From Candidatus Woesearchaeota archaeon (GTDB lineage: Archaea; Nanobdellota; Nanobdellia; Woesearchaeales; UBA9642): a stretch of 51,500 nucleotides of DNA. Of the stretch, positions 48,169 through 51,500 are shown piece after piece. Below the pieces are notes generated by a model. It made no database searches and had not been told where the DNA came from. It was given only the letters and a program-made list of their open reading frames with translations. Location of the stretch: the NCBI GenBank assembly GCA_038895475.1, contig JAWANI010000004.1, positions 1-51,500 of the forward strand, written 5' to 3'. Position numbers and translations under genes: made by a program. Numbering within the stretch: position 1 is the stretch's first letter; every line of letters begins with the position of its first letter.

Positions 48169-48783
48169 ATGCAAGGAAAAAAAATAGGAATAATAAGCTT
48201 GATGCCTGACACAGGCAATACCACCATAGCTATAAATTTAGGTCTTGCTTTTCTTAAATTAGGAAAAAAGGTTGTTGTTGTAGATGCTGAAAAGAATAAA
48301 AACATAATCGAACACATGTCTATATCCGATATTAAGAATGTTGATTATCCTTTGGAGTATTATAATTTAGTTCATAATTCAGGATTAAAACTGGTTTATG
48401 ATTTTAAAGAAAATTTTAATTTGAACACTTTGTCTGTTTTTCATGATTTGTTATTGATAGATATGCCTAAAAATGAATCTTTGGAAGAAATAATTCCTTT
48501 TATAGATGAAGCGATAATAATTCATACGCCCGAATATAGTTCTAAGGCAGTTGTTGACACAAAAAATATTCTTTTGAAAAATAAAAAAACTGTTTTAGGG
48601 GTAATATTAAATAAATCTCATGAGGATAGTGTAAATACGATTTTTAATGTTCCAGTATTATGCAAGATACCCGTTCATAAAAAAATAAGTTCTTCATATA
48701 ATATTAAGAAGCCGTTATTACAAGTTTATCCTAATAGTTTTGTGTCAAAAAAATTCTTTAATATAGCAAAAAGATTTATATGA
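48169..48783 (+). CDS. MinD/ParA-like protein with degenerate Walker A
   Basis: TGNTTIAINLG, KKVVVVDA, LLIDMP, GVILNK, KIP. Confidence 0.8.
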   Translation: MQGKKIGIISLMPDTGNTTIAINLGLAFLKLGKKVVVVDAEKNKNIIEHMSISDIKNVDYPLEYYNLVHNSGLKLVYDFKENFNLNTLSVFHDLLLIDMPKNESLEEIIPFIDEAIIIHTPEYSSKAVVDTKNILLKNKKTVLGVILNKSHEDSVNTIFNVPVLCKIPVHKKISSSYNIKKPLLQVYPNSFVSKKFFNIAKRFI

Positions 48784-48797
48784 AATCAGGTGTTTTT

Positions 48798-49841
48798 ATG
48801 TATGAAGTACTTGTTAAAATAAATAAAGGTTTTGAAAAATTAGAACCGGCTAAAGAGAAAATATTATCAGGAAATTATTGTTTTTTAATAAAAAATTTTA
48901 ATACATTGGAAGGACTTTTCGAATATATATATTTTTCGCAATTATCTATAAATGTTAGTTTAATAGTGTGTCGTTCAAATGATATTTCTTCCATGAACAT
49001 TCCAAGCAGAATAAAGGAATTATTGCCCAAAACTTACAGAATTAACTCTTCAAATAACTTGGAAAGGGTTGCCAAAATTTTTAATGAATATGTTGTTGAT
49101 TTGAAGAATCCTGGATTCCTAGTGAATTTAGAGTTTTTAAACAATGAATTTTTTTTAACCATAGACCTTTCAGGAGATTTAAGTAAGAGGGACTACAAAA
49201 TATTTAATACAGCAGTATCTATAAAAGGAACAACAGCTTTTGGCATATTAATGTTATCAAAATATGTCAAGGGAAAATCATTATTTAATCCTTTTTGTAA
49301 TTCAGGAGTTATTGAAATAGAAGCAGCATTATATAATAATTGCATCTCCCCTAAAAAATATAATACTAATTTTCATTTCACAAATTTAAATACACACATA
49401 GATTTTAAAAATTTCTTTAAAAAATTAGAATTAAAATCAAAAAATAATAAAACAGAGATAGTTGCATCGGATCCTTTATTACGAAATATAACTGCAGCAA
49501 GAAAAAATGCAAAAATAGCTGGTGTAGAAAAATACATACAGTTCAGACGATTAGACATAGATTGGCTTGATTTTAAGAATAAAGAAGAAAATTATGATTA
49601 CATAATAACATTCATAGCAGGAAGCAACAATAATGATTTAAAACTAAAAAAATTTTATGATGAACTATTTTATCAATTAGAATATATATTATCTGATAAT
49701 GGAATTTTATCAATAGCATGTCTATCAAAAAATTTATTAATAGAATCATCAAATAAATATTTTAATTTAATTAATGAAGAACAAATCCAGACAGGAGAAC
49801 AGAAAATCAGCATATTAATTTTTAAAAAATTAAAAACTTAA
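48798..49841 (+). CDS. THUMP-associated class I RNA methyltransferase-like protein (RlmL/Trm14-like), degenerate
   Basis: DLSGDLSKRDY, NPFCNSGVIEIEAA, ARKNAKIAGV; AGGTG RBS before ATG 48798. Confidence 0.8.
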   Translation: MYEVLVKINKGFEKLEPAKEKILSGNYCFLIKNFNTLEGLFEYIYFSQLSINVSLIVCRSNDISSMNIPSRIKELLPKTYRINSSNNLERVAKIFNEYVVDLKNPGFLVNLEFLNNEFFLTIDLSGDLSKRDYKIFNTAVSIKGTTAFGILMLSKYVKGKSLFNPFCNSGVIEIEAALYNNCISPKKYNTNFHFTNLNTHIDFKNFFKKLELKSKNNKTEIVASDPLLRNITAARKNAKIAGVEKYIQFRRLDIDWLDFKNKEENYDYIITFIAGSNNNDLKLKKFYDELFYQLEYILSDNGILSIACLSKNLLIESSNKYFNLINEEQIQTGEQKISILIFKKLKT

Positions 49842-49842
49842 A

Positions 49843-50301
49843 ATGGACTGTGAATTATGTGGACAAAAACCTGCAGTTTTAATATCTGAAATAGAGGGCA
49901 CTATGATGAATGTTTGCAAGGACTGTGCAAAATTTGGTTCAATAAAAAATAAGAAAAACATAAAATTAGTTGTAATTGGGGAAAAACAAAAAAGTGTTGA
50001 ACCAAATTATATTTTTGTAGAAAATTACGGATTAAAATTAAAGAAAGAAAGGGAAAAACTTGGATTGAAACAGGAAGAAATGGCTAAAAGACTAAACATT
50101 AGAAGCAGTTTATTACATCAAATAGAATCTCAGCACTTAAAACCGAGCATAGATTTAGCCAGAAAATTAGAGCGAGAATTAAAAATAAAAATACTAGAAG
50201 AAATAAAAAATGATATAAATGAAGATGATTTAGATATAAAGAAAAATTTAGGAAACAAAAAAGAAGGTTTAACACTAGGGGATTTTATAAAGAAAGGTTG
50301 A
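49843..50301 (+). CDS. mbf1: Multiprotein bridging factor aMBF1
   Basis: CELCG...VCKDC zinc ribbon, HTH (REKLGLKQEEMAK), TLGD tail. Confidence 0.93.
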   Translation: MDCELCGQKPAVLISEIEGTMMNVCKDCAKFGSIKNKKNIKLVVIGEKQKSVEPNYIFVENYGLKLKKEREKLGLKQEEMAKRLNIRSSLLHQIESQHLKPSIDLARKLERELKIKILEEIKNDINEDDLDIKKNLGNKKEGLTLGDFIKKG

Positions 50302-50335
50302 TATTTCTAAGTCTTTATTTACTTTATTTTTGTAT

Positions 50336-51500
50336 CTATTGTATGTATATTTTAATCTCTTTAAATTCATATGCTAATTTTTTATCAATGGAAATATATT
50401 TTTCTATTTTTTTCTTATATTCATTACATGCAAAGTAATAATTGTCTTTATCACATGGAAACCCTGAGGGATCGTATATTGCCGAATTAGGTTCGATGTT
50501 TTTTTCCCATGGATTAATATATAATTCATCAATTTCTTTTAAATAATAATGTTTATCCAACACATTGTACAGGGGTATTATTTTTTCGTTGGTGTAAATT
50601 ACGTATGTAGGGTTTGTGCTTAATATCGGTCCTTTGATGTTATTTAGCTCTCTTATAAAATTATCATCATAATTGTTTTTTTGTTCAAAGACATCGTTGT
50701 AGAGATTTATGATGCTAAAAGCTGCTGTTATAAAGATTATAATATAAATAACTGAATTGAAAATTAATTTTTTTATTTCTAATCTTTTATGTACATATTC
50801 GTAAATTTGGTTTATGGTTTGTGATGAAATTACACAAATGAGAGGAAGGATCAAAAGTATAAAGCGTTCTTGTTTGTTGCTAATTATTGTTAAGTACAAT
50901 AAAAAGATAATTATTGTTAATTTTATAATGTTATGTTTTTTATTCTTTACTATTATTATTCCAGGTAAGAAAAGCAACAACAGAATATTATTTTTAAATA
51001 ATATAAAAAAATAAAAAAACATATATTGTACCGCAGAATAAAAATCAGTTATTATTATACTTTGAAAATAGTTGTTTTGGTGTACTGCTCCAGCGAGTAT
51101 AGGCAAAAATGTTGCTTTTAAAAAAGACATATGTGTTCCGTACATTAAGTAATTGAAAAATAAAAAAGGGATAGAAACTGTAAAAATACCAAGAGAAAAC
51201 AAAAGTATTTTATAGATATATTTATATGTTTTATAATATTTTTTTATGTTTTTGTTTTTGTCATGCTTTACTTCTTTTTCTTTAAAAATACTGTAAATTA
51301 TTATTGTTATTGATACGATTCCGGATAATAACGAAGGAAATTTAAATAAAAAAGACAATCCCAATGAAAAACCGGACAAAAATAAAATTTTATTATTATA
51401 TTTATATTTTATTAATAGATATATTCCTAATGTCATAAAAAGAGCTGAAGGTATTTCTGTAAGTATTTTAGAAGAATTATTAATAAATACCGGTGTTATT
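50336..51500 (-). CDS. GT-C (ArnT/PMT-like) membrane glycosyltransferase, 5' end outside the window
   Basis: Frame stays open to the window edge (..SSKILTEIPSALFMT..); GLSFLFKFP and KQERFIL motifs; many TM segments. Confidence 0.75.
   Translation of the reverse strand, partial: ITPVFINNSSKILTEIPSALFMTLGIYLLIKYKYNNKILFLSGFSLGLSFLFKFPSLLSGIVSITIIIYSIFKEKEVKHDKNKNIKKYYKTYKYIYKILLFSLGIFTVSIPFLFFNYLMYGTHMSFLKATFLPILAGAVHQNNYFQSIIITDFYSAVQYMFFYFFILFKNNILLLLFLPGIIIVKNKKHNIIKLTIIIFLLYLTIISNKQERFILLILPLICVISSQTINQIYEYVHKRLEIKKLIFNSVIYIIIFITAAFSIINLYNDVFEQKNNYDDNFIRELNNIKGPILSTNPTYVIYTNEKIIPLYNVLDKHYYLKEIDELYINPWEKNIEPNSAIYDPSGFPCDKDNYYFACNEYKKKIEKYISIDKKLAYEFKEIKIYIQ

Noticed and set aside
1578-51014. 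Numerous 60-220 aa ORFs antisense to or nested in longer genes (e.g. 8729-9064, 37389-37814, 44024-44689)
   Set aside because: Shadow frames of well-supported genes, with no motifs and Ser/Phe/Ile-rich antisense composition

Overview
Very AT-rich archaeal chromosomal segment, most consistent with a DPANN archaeon such as Woesearchaeota. The archaeal call rests on fibrillarin/Nop5, aRF1, aIF-5A, L40e, Sec61beta, NAC, aMBF1, HerA/Mre11 and BHB-type tRNA introns; the DPANN call is inference from the small-genome gene mix, the Pol II-like PolB and the bacterial-type TGT. It is mostly housekeeping DNA (hisS, cysS, asnS, polB, dph6, tgt, trmJ, nth) with a glycosylation cluster and scattered orphan ORFs. 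RNA genes read directly from sequence: tRNA-Arg(UCU) with one intron, tRNA-Arg(CCU) with two introns (D-loop and anticodon loop), tRNA-Cys(GCA), a double-guide box C/D sRNA, and an RNase P RNA that seems to keep P8 but lack P6/P16/P17. Several small genes are missing from the ORF track, and there are two broken genes. The best candidates for undescribed biology are a tandem pair of large RelA/SpoT-type HD hydrolases with no synthetase nearby, a KaiC-like ATPase/beta-propeller/MFS locus whose MFS N-terminal module recurs on another membrane protein, a stand-alone MCM-like winged-helix protein, and a nucleotidyltransferase ORF starting at the first base after tRNA-Cys. No CRISPR array, transposase or integrase was seen. 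All family calls come from motif recognition, not database searches.
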